DNA from: Cetorhinus maximus
Taxonomy: Eukaryota
Direction: 5' to 3'
DNA length: 64,000 nucleotides
Assembly (NCBI RefSeq): GCF_964194155.1
Contig: NC_135898.1
Span: 7,874,001 to 7,938,000 of the forward strand
In this document: piece by piece, positions 35,824 through 47,625 of the stretch
Layout: the number at the start of each line of letters is the position of its first letter
Position numbering within the stretch: position 1 is the stretch's first letter
Program-made: the position numbers and the translations under genes
Notes under the pieces: generated by a model
The model's input: the letters and a program-made list of their open reading frames with translations, nothing else
What the model was told of the DNA's origin: nothing
Databases searched by the model: none

Positions 35824-36070
35824 CTCATTAATAGCTTCTTTCTTCCATCAATTCAGCGAGGCTGTGCTCCAAGCCGCTGTCTGGATCGCTCTTCACAAAA
35901 GCTCTGGCCATGGGGGTCCCGGTCCTTTTGAAAGAAGCTGCGGAACTGGGGCGATTTCAAATGATTGACAGGGAGGGCGGCCAATCGGCGGCAGCCAAGG
36001 GACATTGGCAACATTGCTTCGCGATGTAACAAAGAGGAGAATCGACCAATCAGCGGCAAGGAGGGCGGGA
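35824..36070 (-). promoter_or_regulatory. Putative RASSF2 promoter and non-coding exon 1
   Basis: CpG cluster; GGGCGG at 35975 and 36063; CCAAT at 35981 and 36046, ATTGG at 36004; donor GAG|gtaaaa at 35823. Confidence 0.6.
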
Positions 36071-36112
36071 TCTCAAGGCAGACAATGACAGACTGCGTCT
36101 GGTCAGATTTAA

Positions 36113-36187
36113 AGACACAGACACACACACACACACACACACACAGGTCTCACAGCCCCCCCCCCCCCCCCACACACACACACACAC
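36113..36187. repeat. (CA)n and poly-C microsatellite next to the RASSF2 promoter
   Basis: Direct reading. Confidence 0.9.
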
Positions 36188-39100
36188 CACCGCCCCCCCA
36201 AGAATATCTTAACACAGAGATAGTTAGCCATCCGCACACAGGAACCAAAAGCCACATGCACAAACGCCTCCCCTTGTGTTAACAAAATATTTCTACTCAA
36301 GAGAGAGAGGTGAAGAGAACTGCAAACCTTTGCAACGAGATCAACATTTCAGGGCGTGTAGGGTGCCAGATCTCAGGATGTTGCCTTGCAAACTGCTTCT
36401 AGCAGCTGCAAAGAAAGCCTGTCACGTGCCTGACATGATCGGAAATTGCAGAAGTGCCCTTTCATCTTATTCCTGTCATGTCAGAGAGGATGTAACAGGG
36501 GAAAGAGTCAGCCCTGGAAAGGCCCTGCTCAAAATGCCCTTCAAACCCAAACATGAAAGAGTTCAATGCCCAAAACGTATTTATCGTCCTCCCTCAAGGG
36601 AGGCCTGGGATTATATAGGGGCTCTTGCCCATCTGTCAAACCATCTGTACCAGTCTCAGACTGGTAGAAGAGTTAAACACATTCTAGATTAGTGCAGCGG
36701 AGACTCCAGTGTCGAATAGGCAAAGCTCTGTGGTGTTACCTTCAGAACTTGTAGTTGCTGCCAGAAAGTACCAGAATGAGGAGTCTTATTGCCACCGACT
36801 GCCCCCCTCAATTACTACCCTGACTTACCCGACTCTGAAGCGGTCCCTGATGAGAGAGACTCACTAGGAACAGACTGGTGCTCTCCACTCTCAATCAACT
36901 GGCTGAAGGGAGGCAACGGCAAGATCAGTGGGACAAAAAGGTTGTGAGCTGGAAGGATATCGGGTGAGGAATCAAAGAGGGAATTTGGTTTTTTTAACAT
37001 TGTCCCCTTTCCTGATCTCCTCTCCTTTCTGTACCAAAGCTTACAGGGAAACAATGCCCTGCACCTGGGCTCTCAACAAATCCACTTTGAGCCTGCCTGT
37101 GAGTTGGTGTATCAGAGAGGAAGGCCAAAAGGTGATATTCTGCCTGATTACATCCTCTACCCTTGCCCCATCCCAATGTCTCCACAGTGTCCTTATTTTT
37201 TTACCAGGAACTCCAGATGATCATAGAATAATACACCACAGAAGGAATCCATTTGGCCCATCATACCTATCCCAGCTCTTTAATTTTGTCCCACTCCTCT
37301 GGTCTTGCTTCTTCAAGTATTTACCCAATTCCCTTTTGACAGTTACTATTGAAACTGTTTCCACCACCCTATCAGGCAGAACCTTGCAGATCACATCAGC
37401 TCAAAACCACAAAACAAATTCTCCCTATCTTGCTTCTGGTTCTTCTACCTGTTAGGATCCCTGTAAAAGAAAGGAAGCCCCACAAAGCCAATGGGAAGAA
37501 AACCACAGGACAAGATTTCATTTTAAAAACCTTTTACTGTAACAAACCAACTCAAATCAACATAATTCAAAAATTAATTAACAGACAAAGGATATTTCAA
37601 GCAAAGTGGTAAATTTCACTTTCAATAGCCGATTCTACAAAGATATGCCTCACATAATTCCAAGCACTTTCATTACTTCCTACACTGATGTGAGACCACA
37701 TGCAATCTCATTGTCTTTCCAACTCAGCTTCTGTTTTGTAGGATTTCTCACTTGATACTCAACCATTTCAGCCTTTGAGCTGCATTCATCAGCAACCATA
37801 TTCCATCCAAAAGTCCTTGGACACAATTGCTAGCAACAAGGCACATGTCTATGAACCCTCAGTCACTCCGGTGGTGACAGTCTGATGGCACAGAATCCCC
37901 TGAGACTCCCCTGTCTTTGCCCTTTTAAACTGTCAGGTGGGCTCTGGGAACACTGAAACAACAGCAATGAGTCTTGTCCAAATCCACAATCTAAGCCCTT
38001 CCTTGCTCCAGCTCCCTGCTCTTTCCAACAATATAACACACAGTAACACAGTCTCTGTTCTATTTTTGAGACCTGCTTCAACACCAGGATCTGCTAGAAA
38101 ACTGCCAAACAGAAAGCCATTTCATTTGGATAGAACCTTGCTTGATTCCTCTTTACAGGAATTCTCAACATGTTCTAAACATAGGCTGACCAATCCCACT
38201 GCAATCAGCTTTCTTTATTTACCTTTTACTTCTTAGCCATTCATCCACATGGAAACCTCCGGACACGTTGGCATTTCTCTGTTATAATCAGGAAACCAAT
38301 TAACCTTCCTCAGAATGCTCCCTAGCCCACTCGGGTTTTTCCCAACACATAGATCATCTCACACCAATCACTTGAAATCTGCGTCCTGTGACTACCCTTC
38401 TGCCATTCAAAACAGTTCCTCTTTATCTACAATTATCTAAATGTTTCATGCTTTTGAACACCTCAATTAAATCTTCTCTTAATGTTTCTTGCTCTGAGAA
38501 AAACAGCTCCAGCTTCTCTAGTCTCTCGATGTACCTGAACTTGCTCGTCCCTGTGCCAACCTGGTAACTCTCTTCTGCACTCTCTCCAAGGTATCCTTTC
38601 TAAAGTTTGATGCCCAGTCTGGACATGGTACATGCTGCGGCCTAATCAGTGATTCATAAAGATTTGGGAAATTGAATATGAAAATCCACAAACACTCCCA
38701 CCCCTTTCCTCAGCGGAACGATGTATTTAGGTGGTGCAATGCAACAAGCCCAGTGTGTAGCAACACACAACTTGCTTTCTGTGTGTTCCAACACTGAGCA
38801 TCACATCAGATTGGAGGATTAACTGCAGCTGGGATAGAATTGAGATTCGAAACTTGTATTCCCCTTGAGTGCAGGAGATGGAGCAGTGATCTGATCAAGG
38901 TGTAGGAAACATTAAAGAAATTCAATAGGACAACAGAGAAACCTGTTAGTCAGGCTGGCAGAATTCAGAACAAGGGACCTGCAAAAAATCCAAATTAGGA
39001 CATTTAGGAGAGAAATTCGGAAGCACTTTTTCCCCACAAGGGCAAGTGGAATTCTGGAATTCTCTCCTCTGTTGGTGCTGAGAGAGACAATTGGAGTTTT

Positions 39101-39477
39101 CATAACTGAGATTGACAGATGAGTCATGGCAGCAAGGAATATGGAGCTAACCCAGGGAAATGGAGTTAAAGTACAGGTCAGCCAGAATGGCGGAGATTGT
39201 TCAAGGGGCTGAATGGCCTGTTCCTGTTCCTATGCTCTGCATTCATGATCCTGTTACTTACAGTACACAGAGGAAACCTTCTGCCCACCATCAGAGCAAA
39301 TCTGCAGTGCTTTATATTGTGTATCAAGGTCCAATAGCACATTCCCAGTAACACCTCTTTCCACTTTACGTACTGATGTCTGCTTAATGGACTTGCACTA
39401 TCAAACACTATGGAAAATTGCAGAAAGATGCAGGATTTCCCATGCTTGTTTTTATAATGGACATCTCCCTGTTGCAT

Positions 39478-39489
39478 GTCTGTGTATGT

Positions 39490-39524
<35 letters not shown>
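39478..39524. repeat. (TG)n microsatellite
   Basis: Direct reading. Confidence 0.9.
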
Positions 39525-39528
<4 letters not shown>

Positions 39529-41814
39529 AATTCATTCAGGATTGCTGTGGCAACATGCACTTTTTACATGCATGTTGTCATCTGAAGTTCTGGATAGTGA
39601 TGGTAGAGGCTCCAACTTTCATCCCATCACATGACTGACCAAGAATCTCTCCCCCTCTTACAACTGTGCTACACTCCAACAATACGCCCTTGTTTGTGAA
39701 GCACTTCCTGAAGCATAAAAGGCCTTGAAATCAAGAGCCAGCAGAGTGCCTGAATGGGCTGCATGGCCTCCTAATCTGCCAGAGACACCAATGGTTGTAC
39801 TGTGAAAATGAAACAGTGATTCTCTGGGCACATCTCTCTCACTACCTGCGCTGCAGGTTGACTGAACTGGAAGGCAAAATGAAGGAATTATAAATAAAAG
39901 TTACTGCTAAACTTTCCTGGGAACTGAACCTGAAGCTTCTGGTTCAGAGGCAGAGATGCTGCCCACTGCACCACAAGACCACCAATCTCCTTGGAAGGGA
40001 GCAAAACCCTGGAAAGCTCTCCAACATACACATGGTGACCAGATCACACTGGAATAAAGTATGTGAACTGCACACTCGGGAGAGGGAGCCAACAAACTGA
40101 ATAACATATGGCTCCTCAAACCTGCTCTGCCACTTAAGAAGATCATGGCTGATCTTCCACCATAACTCCACTTTTCCATGGTGCTCCCATATTCCTTCAC
40201 TTTCATTGTGGCCAACAATCTAGTTACCTCAGCCTTGAAAACAGTCATCAACTGAGCAGCCACAACCCTCTGGGGTAACGAATTCCAAAGATTCTCATCA
40301 CTCTGAGTGAACAGTCCCAAATGGTCAACCCCTTATCGTGAGGCTGTGCCCCCTAGTTCTAGATTCTCCATCCAGGGGTAAACGGCCTCTCAGCATCACA
40401 TCCTCTCAAGCCCTGGATTGTAATGAGATCGCCTCTTCTTCTTCTCAACTTGAGTCTAGAAGCCCCATTCTACTCAAAGACATTGCCTTTGTTTTCAGAG
40501 GGGAGAAGTGAATGGGATGATGGTGCCATTTGGCCTGATTTCTGTCTCCGAAGTTAGTGGATACAAGACGCACACCAGGAGACAATGCTGGTGATCGAGG
40601 GTGACACTGAAGGAAGACGACATCGTCAGTGTTGCTTTCCTTATGAAAACAAGGCTCCATCTGCCAGTTCAGATGGTAAGTTAAGAGATCCCATGGCATC
40701 ATATAAAGGAGAGTAGAAATGAGACAGTTTATCCAGTAGCAACCCTCCCTTACCCAACATCTGGGGGGGTCTTTGTGCTGCATTTACTTTCAGAACAATG
40801 ACTGCACTTCAAAGTGAATGACTTGGTAGGAGAATCCTGGAAATACTCAACACAGTGAATCACCTTTCAGGGGGTTGAACTGTTAAATCTCTAACTTCTC
40901 CTAGTTCTGACGAAAGATCATTGGCCTGAAACATTAACGCTTGTTTCTCTCGCCACAGATGCTGTGTGACCTGCTGAGTTTTTCCAGAATTTTCCGTTTT
41001 TATTTCAGATTACCAGCGTCTGCAGTATTTTGCTTCTGTTGAATATTTGTGGACATGTGACGAGATACAAAACAGGGACAAATATTACCTTCGATACCCC
41101 TTTCATTTCATTCGACTCAAGTGCTTTGTGCCAGTGCCCAAACACACCATTATTAAGAGGTTCAGGTGTATCCTGCAAAGCATTATAAAGTAGCAAATTT
41201 GACATGGCCAGAAGCACTTGAGATTCTGCGTTAGCAGTTCCAGAGACAGAATACATGTGACACTGAAATGTACTCCAACTCAAGCACACAGACAACAATT
41301 GAAGGCTTGTATCTCGTAACAGCAAGTAGGACTGTACAGCAGAGGAATAAACAACATCGTCCTTTAAAATTAAATCAACAACATCTTATATAAATCAAAA
41401 CTGTCACAGAAACCAGCCTGTTGCAGACAGCTTTCTAAAATTATCAACATACCCCGAGGAGACTCATCCAATCACAATGAAATCAAGTCACATTTTCATC
41501 AACCAGCGTTCTATTCACTCAGAAAGTGCTTTGCGAAATTAAAACTTTTTTATGAGTCCCTCTGTGTTAAGGTTTCCCTTTCAATAACTTTGACTATTAT
41601 TTCAAATCAGGCTGTGATAGAAAATGTAGCAGGAACTTTTATTTATAATTCCTTCATTTTGTCTTCCAATTCAGCCAACTGGGCATGCAGCCCAGGTAGT
41701 GAGAGAGATGTGCCCAGAGAATCACTGTTTCGTTTCCACAGTACAGCCATTGGTGTCTCTGGTGGAGATAGGAGGCCATGCAGCCCATTCAGGCTCTCTG
41801 CTGGCTCTTGATTT

Positions 41815-42215
41815 CAAGGCCTTTTATGCTTCAGGACATCTCCAAGTGTTTCACAAACAATGATGTATTGTTGGAGTGTAGCACAGTTGTAATGTCGGAA
41901 ACACAGCAGTCAATTTGTGTGCAGACAACTCTCACAAACAGCAATGTGCTAAATGATCAGATAATCTGTTTTTAGTCATGTTGGTCACGGGATAAATATT
42001 GCGCAGGACATCAGGGAGAACTCCCCTAATCTTCAAAATACAGCCTTGGGATCTTTCCATGTCCACCTGAGAGGGCAGACAAAACCTCATTTTAACCTCT
42101 CATCTGCAGAGCAGCACCTTTGACAGGGCAGCATTTCTAGATTTTTGTGCTCAGATCTCTGAAGTGGGAATTAAACTTCTGACTGAGAGGTTAGAGTACT
42201 ACCCACTGAGCCATG
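41815..42215 (-). mobile_element. Deu-domain SINE
   Basis: gtccacctgagagggcagac and cagataatctgttt motifs; a similar copy lies at 45665-46110. Confidence 0.7.
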
Positions 42216-43639
42216 GATGGTCAGCCAACGCTTACCAGTTAGACCAATAGTGGACCCTTTTCCCTTCAGCCCATCCTTGGTGTGGAACGCTGTAGAATGG
42301 TGGTTTAATTGCTTGGCATAGGAGCATCACAGAGTTTCATTGCAGCCTATTCATTGGCCATCCCCATATGGGACGGACTGGTCTCCAGTCCACAGAAATC
42401 CTCTTATCTCAAGTGAAGACACACATCTAAACCACGTCAACCACATTGCTGAAAGTAACAATCATTGACTGCCAGCCTACTCATTAGCAAGGCCAACTAA
42501 CTACCCTCCTGCGCACTATAATTCAGACAGCACTTATCATGTGAAAGGCAGAATTTAACTCAGTGAATTTGCTCTCCAGACCTCATGCATTATCCTGGAA
42601 AAGAGCTTCCTTTTCCTGAAGGAGTTTATTTCCCTCGCCTTCTCTTCACGCTGGACTCCCATTGATAAGGGCCAAGATATTAACTCCCCTTAAGGCTGAC
42701 TAAAACCACACTCCCACAGTGGATCTGAACCATTGGGACATGAATGTTATCAGGTTTCATTCCTGCTCAGTGGGAATCAGATGAACTCAACCCGAGTCAC
42801 CAGAATTGAAGATGAATCTTCAGGGCACATCCACAAGCAACCTGGGTAAAAATGCTGTGTTCCTTTTCATCAACTTCTTCCATTGGTCACAAAACGAACG
42901 GTTGGAAAAGCAAGACAAGGCTATTTGGATGATACTTGACTGTCAGTCAATCAGTGAATGCTTTGGTGTGGAAAGGCAGGGCACCAGAAGGACAGACATG
43001 CTAGGTGACCAATGGAAGGGTATGTGGGGCGGGGCTCTTGATGGCAGGAGATCACATGACAATACCTCCAGGAATGTATCGAATTAGAGTTGGCAACCCC
43101 AACCCTAAGGTCAGGCCATCTTGTGGTCAGTTTAAGAATTGGCTCTGGAGACAAGCGGCAAGAAAAGTGGCTGTGGACTCACGAAGCGGTTTCTGTGCTG
43201 GAGGATTTCACAGTGACACAGTCAGATAGAGGGGCTGTTTAACGCATTCCCCCTGGAGGCCTCACAAAGTGGCTGTTCTGTTCCTTTCCTGAGCACCATT
43301 TGCTGCTGCACCTCCGTTCACACAGAGAGGCGTTGAGACGTGGAAAGTAAGACAGAATCAGATTCCATAGGGACATATAAAAGGCAAGTAGACATGTGCT
43401 TAGAGAGGACCAACTTGCATGGTTCGGGGGATAAAGTTGGGGCAGAGATTAAATTGGACAGCTCGTTCAAAGAGCTGGTAAAGGTTTGATGGGCCAAATG
43501 GCCTCCTTCTGAGCTGTAATATTGTATGATTTTATGATATCAAAGCAAATGTATTCTATGAAGATGTTTTGAGGTGACGAGACATAGATCTGAGCCATCA
43601 CAAAGACTGTCTAATTTGACCTTTGTATCATTCTCTGCC

Positions 43640-44250
43640 TCCACCCCATCTCAGCTCATCTGCTGCTAAAGCCCTCATCCATACCTTTGTTATCTCTACA
43701 CTTGACTATTGCCACACACTCCTGCCTGCTCTCCACATTCTTTACACTCAGTAAACTTGAGGCCATCCAAAACCCTGCTGCCTGTATCCCAATGTGTACC
43801 AAACCCCATTTTCCCGTCAGCCCAGCACTCTCTGACCTGCATTAGCACACGGTTAAACAATGCCTGGATTTTACAAAGTTCATCTTGTTTTCAAATCCCT
43901 CCTTGGTCCTGCAAGCCCACCCCGACACAATCTCTTTCGCCTCCTCCAGCCTCACAACCCTCCGAGATACCTGGTTTCTTGAGCATCCCCAAATTTAATC
44001 ACTCTGTCATTGGTAGCCTTCAGCTGCTTGGTCTCCAGGCTCTCAAATTCCCTCTCTGAAGCTTTACAACTCTTTAACTCTCATTAAGGAGCTCCTCTAA
44101 ATCTAACGCTTTGACCAAGCTTTTAGTCATCTGCGCTAATATCACCTTCTGTGCCTCAGGGTCAAATTTTGCTTTATAATACTCCTGTGAAGTACCTTGG
44201 GATATTTTACCACAGTAAAGGCGCTATATAAATTCCAATGGTTGTTGTGG
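43640..44250 (+). mobile_element. L2-type LINE RT C-terminus and 3' end
   Basis: A.ALIHTFVIS.LDYC..LL remnant; aaaggcgctatataaat...gttgttgt tail. Confidence 0.75.
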
Positions 44251-45189
44251 GTAAAGCACGATTGAAATCAAATCTCTCGCCGTCATCCTCTTGGTTTGTT
44301 TCCAGATGATTCCCATGCCGCTGCCATGGATGTGATGACCAAATGACGTCCTTCTGTACCGTGCCAGGAATTCACAAAACATCCTGATTTGTTGAACCAC
44401 GCAAATTTAATAAAATGCCAACTCGACTCACAATGAAACAGGTTCCTGATTTTGATCAAATAACAAAGGCAGGATCTTCATCCGAACATAGTAACCGATT
44501 CACCAAGGCCAGCTCCCTCCTTTATCATGTTTCTTCACAGGTGACCAGCATTCCAGGTTCCCCATTTCACCATCAGCTTCAGCTTTGGTTCTCCTTTCAG
44601 ACTCCAGTGAGAGATAGCCCGGAGAGAAACAATACACTCAGAAGTAGTTCTGGTTGACTGGTGCCAGTGTACAGTTTGCACCTTCTGCCAGGTTCCTAAC
44701 AGGATCTGGAGCAGGATAAGGGCGGCGGGGGCGGGGTGGAAAAGGGTGCGATTGTGGCTTTATCTCTGGCCTCTGCTTTTGGAAATGGAAACACTTCAGC
44801 TTCCCACATCATAGCTGCAGCAGGAAACTGTTCAAATCTCAGCCTTTCGGCATCCGCATTCCACTTTTAATATTTATGATCAGAATACTTAACAAATCAA
44901 GCATTCGTGACAAACTGTAGCAGCTGCTGCTTCTACCTAAGCAACAACCCCGCAGAGCTGCAAACTGAGGAGTGAAGCTGAAAATACAGTAAGCAAGCCA
45001 ATAGCTCTTCTCCTGACTGAGTGAACAGCTATCTGGGTGGACAGCTGCACCAATGGTATGGATGCAGAATTGGGCATCAATTTCAAGTCACAATGAAAAT
45101 TCAGCTCTTGAATGTAATGAGGCGCTCAGTGGAAAAGTTGATTCCTCTGCTTTGTGTTTGATTACATTTTCATGATCCACACAAAACTT

Positions 45190-45650
45190 ATATTGACTAT
45201 ATGTGAAGAGTTGTATTGACTGAAAATAAAGCCTTGTATTGACCATATATGATACTTGTATTGACCGTGTATAAAGACTTGTACTGACTGTGTATAAAGA
45301 CTTGTATTGACCGTGTGTAAAGACTTGTATTGACCGTGTATAAAGTCTTATATTGACCATATATAAAGACTTATATTGACTGTATATAAAGACTTGTATT
45401 GACCGTGTATAAAGACTTGTATTGACCGTGTATAAAGACTTGTATTGACCATGTGTAAAGACTTGTATTGACCATGTATAAAGACTTATATTGACTGTGT
45501 GTAAAGACTTGTATTGACCGTGTATAAAGACTTGAATTGACCGTGTGTAAAGACTTGGGTTGACCGTGTGTAAAGACTTGTATTGATCGTGTGTAAAGAC
45601 TTGTATTGACCGTGTATAAAGACTTGTATTGACCGTGTATAAAGACTTGT
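45190..45650. repeat. 23-bp minisatellite, ~20 copies
   Basis: gacttgtattgaccgtgtataaa. Confidence 0.95.
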
Positions 45651-46739
45651 GTTTTTCTAACGAAAGATATGTCTTTATATGGCACCTTTGTGACACTCAA
45701 AAGCATCTTACAGCAGATGGTTACTTTTTGAAGTGTAGTCACTGTAAAAATGCATGAAACACAACAGCCGTTTGAGACACAGCAATTTCCCACAAACAGC
45801 AATGTGGTAACGACCAGATAATCTGTCTCAGCAATGTTGATTGAGGGATAAACACTGGACAGAACACCAGGTCAAACAGGGAGAAGTTCCTCTTCTTCCC
45901 AAAAGGGTCATGAGATCTCTCACATCCACCCAAAGGCATATCAGGCTTCAGGTTAACACCTGATCCAAAAGACAGCAGCTCCAACAGTGCTATACTCCCT
46001 CAGTCCAGGCACTGGGACTACCAACCTAGTTTCAACAAGTCTCTGCAGTGAGATTTGAGCCAACAACCTTCTGATTGAAGAATACAACCCACTGAGCCAC
46101 AACTGACACACCACCACCTTGTAGGGTATTCAACACTGTATTTGTGCCATTATTTGTTCTTCAAACAGCATGACAATTAACTTGGCCCCAGAATTTTTTT
46201 CTGACTAAGGGATAACGATTGTTATGTTGATACTGAAAAACTTTTGAGCACAGCAATTCCGGGGGAAAGCCAAAAAAACCCTTCCTCCATACTCTCTTCT
46301 TAAGCTGTACAACTCATATGCTGCATAAGGGCTGAGGTGCAAGCTGGACCCGCAACAAAATCATTCACTCAGTTTACAGGCTGACTTCATATTCAATCTG
46401 AAAGAAAGTCTTCCAAAGAGTTGTTGACTCATTCTGGAACTTCTCATTTCAGATGTTTCTTACGTATTCACCATTTTATATGCTGCCTCAAATTGCTCGA
46501 CAGCTCACAACAAAGATTGCTTAAGCCTGCAATCCTTTGGTACGTACGATGCTTCCAAGAGAGGATTTGTTAGTTTGGCACACATCTAGTGAAGAGGAGG
46601 ATTGGAATTTAAACCTTGAGTGGTTGCAGCTCTGATGGAGAGGGTTTGTAAGGGGCAACGCTTCTGCTGAAACCCTCCCAGATCACTGACGATGGAAGAA
46701 CCCTCTGACTAAAACCTGGACCAAGAAATTCCAGATGAA

Positions 46740-47265
46740 AGTGACAGTGCGAAGCCAGGTACATAGGCCATATCTCGCAACGATTGGCTGATCAAATCAA
46801 ACAGCATGTTCCTTAGGCTGTTCGTAATAGGCAGTCAACGCTTGCAAAACACAAAACGAAACCTCTCCTGTTAGATCTGATTCCACAATTGGACAGTACA
46901 AGCTGAACTATCCTGAGTGCGCTAATAGGTATACCAACAACCAATGTAAGATAATCAGTCGAGCTCATAAGGTGGCTCATTCACCTTTGTGAGAAGCCAC
47001 CTACTTTAATACATGGGGACCCATTCTCTGAAAACAAAAGGAATATGTTCAAGCCTGGCACCTTCTTTGGAGCTTGGGCAATCTATAGTTTCCCATTGCT
47101 TTCCCCATGGCAATGCCTCCGCCAATCAGAGTTGATTTGCCAACCAATCAGCACTCTTTTCTCCTGTCACCTAAATTGTTGTGATTGTTTGAATTTGGAA
47201 TTCTTGTGTTTGTCCTGATGAGTAAAAGATGAAAAGCTTCAACAACATGTCTCTCTTTTCAGAAA
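46740..47265 (+). mobile_element. Second Penelope-like family, decayed GIY-YIG C-terminus and 3' terminus
   Basis: CEARYIGHISQRLADQIKQHVP*...DSTIGQ...IISRA...EATY...KQKE with internal stops; terminal hammerhead-like motif. Confidence 0.75.
47211..47244 (+). ncRNA. Minimal hammerhead ribozyme-like motif
   Basis: TGTC-CTGATGA-GTaaaagAT-GAAA-AGCT-TC-AACA: intact core, palindromic stem III AAGCTT, UUC site, one stem I mismatch. Confidence 0.6.
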
Positions 47266-47496
47266 TATGAGAGTGATTAAGGGTTTGGATGCTGTCATTA
47301 CATAGTGTAATTGGAAGGTACATCTGGAGGAAATTAAACATCTTTACATCTCTCTACTGAGGGGGAATAGGAGTGAAGGAGTTTGCCGTTTCCCCAATGA
47401 AGTGAAAATTTATTTCCCTGGCCCAGCAGTCAGAGATATGGCTCCCACCTGTGAGCTGACTGAATTACATTCATACATGACCTCTTTCTTTTTCGG

Positions 47497-47575
47497 AAGC
47501 TCCTCTTGAGTCCTGACTTGCTGCTCATAGTCTTCTCGAATTTGCTCTCATCAACTACTCCAAATGGACTGGTAG
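47497..47575 (+). pseudogene. Possible decayed exon 2 (signal peptide) of the MSMB-like pseudogene
   Basis: Pyrimidine tract ending cgg (mutated cag). KLLLSPDLLLIV aligns with KLILCLTLLLLA; same 79-nt length and phase 1 donor |gtaat; the Cys is absent. Confidence 0.4.
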
Positions 47576-47625
47576 GTAATCATCAGGTTTTGTATCACTT
47601 GCATTGAGATCAGGAATGCAGGGAT

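Noticed and set aside
45053-45060. ATG|gtatgg as exon 1 of the MSMB-like pseudogene
   Set aside because: Too short to distinguish from chance, with no clear TATA support.
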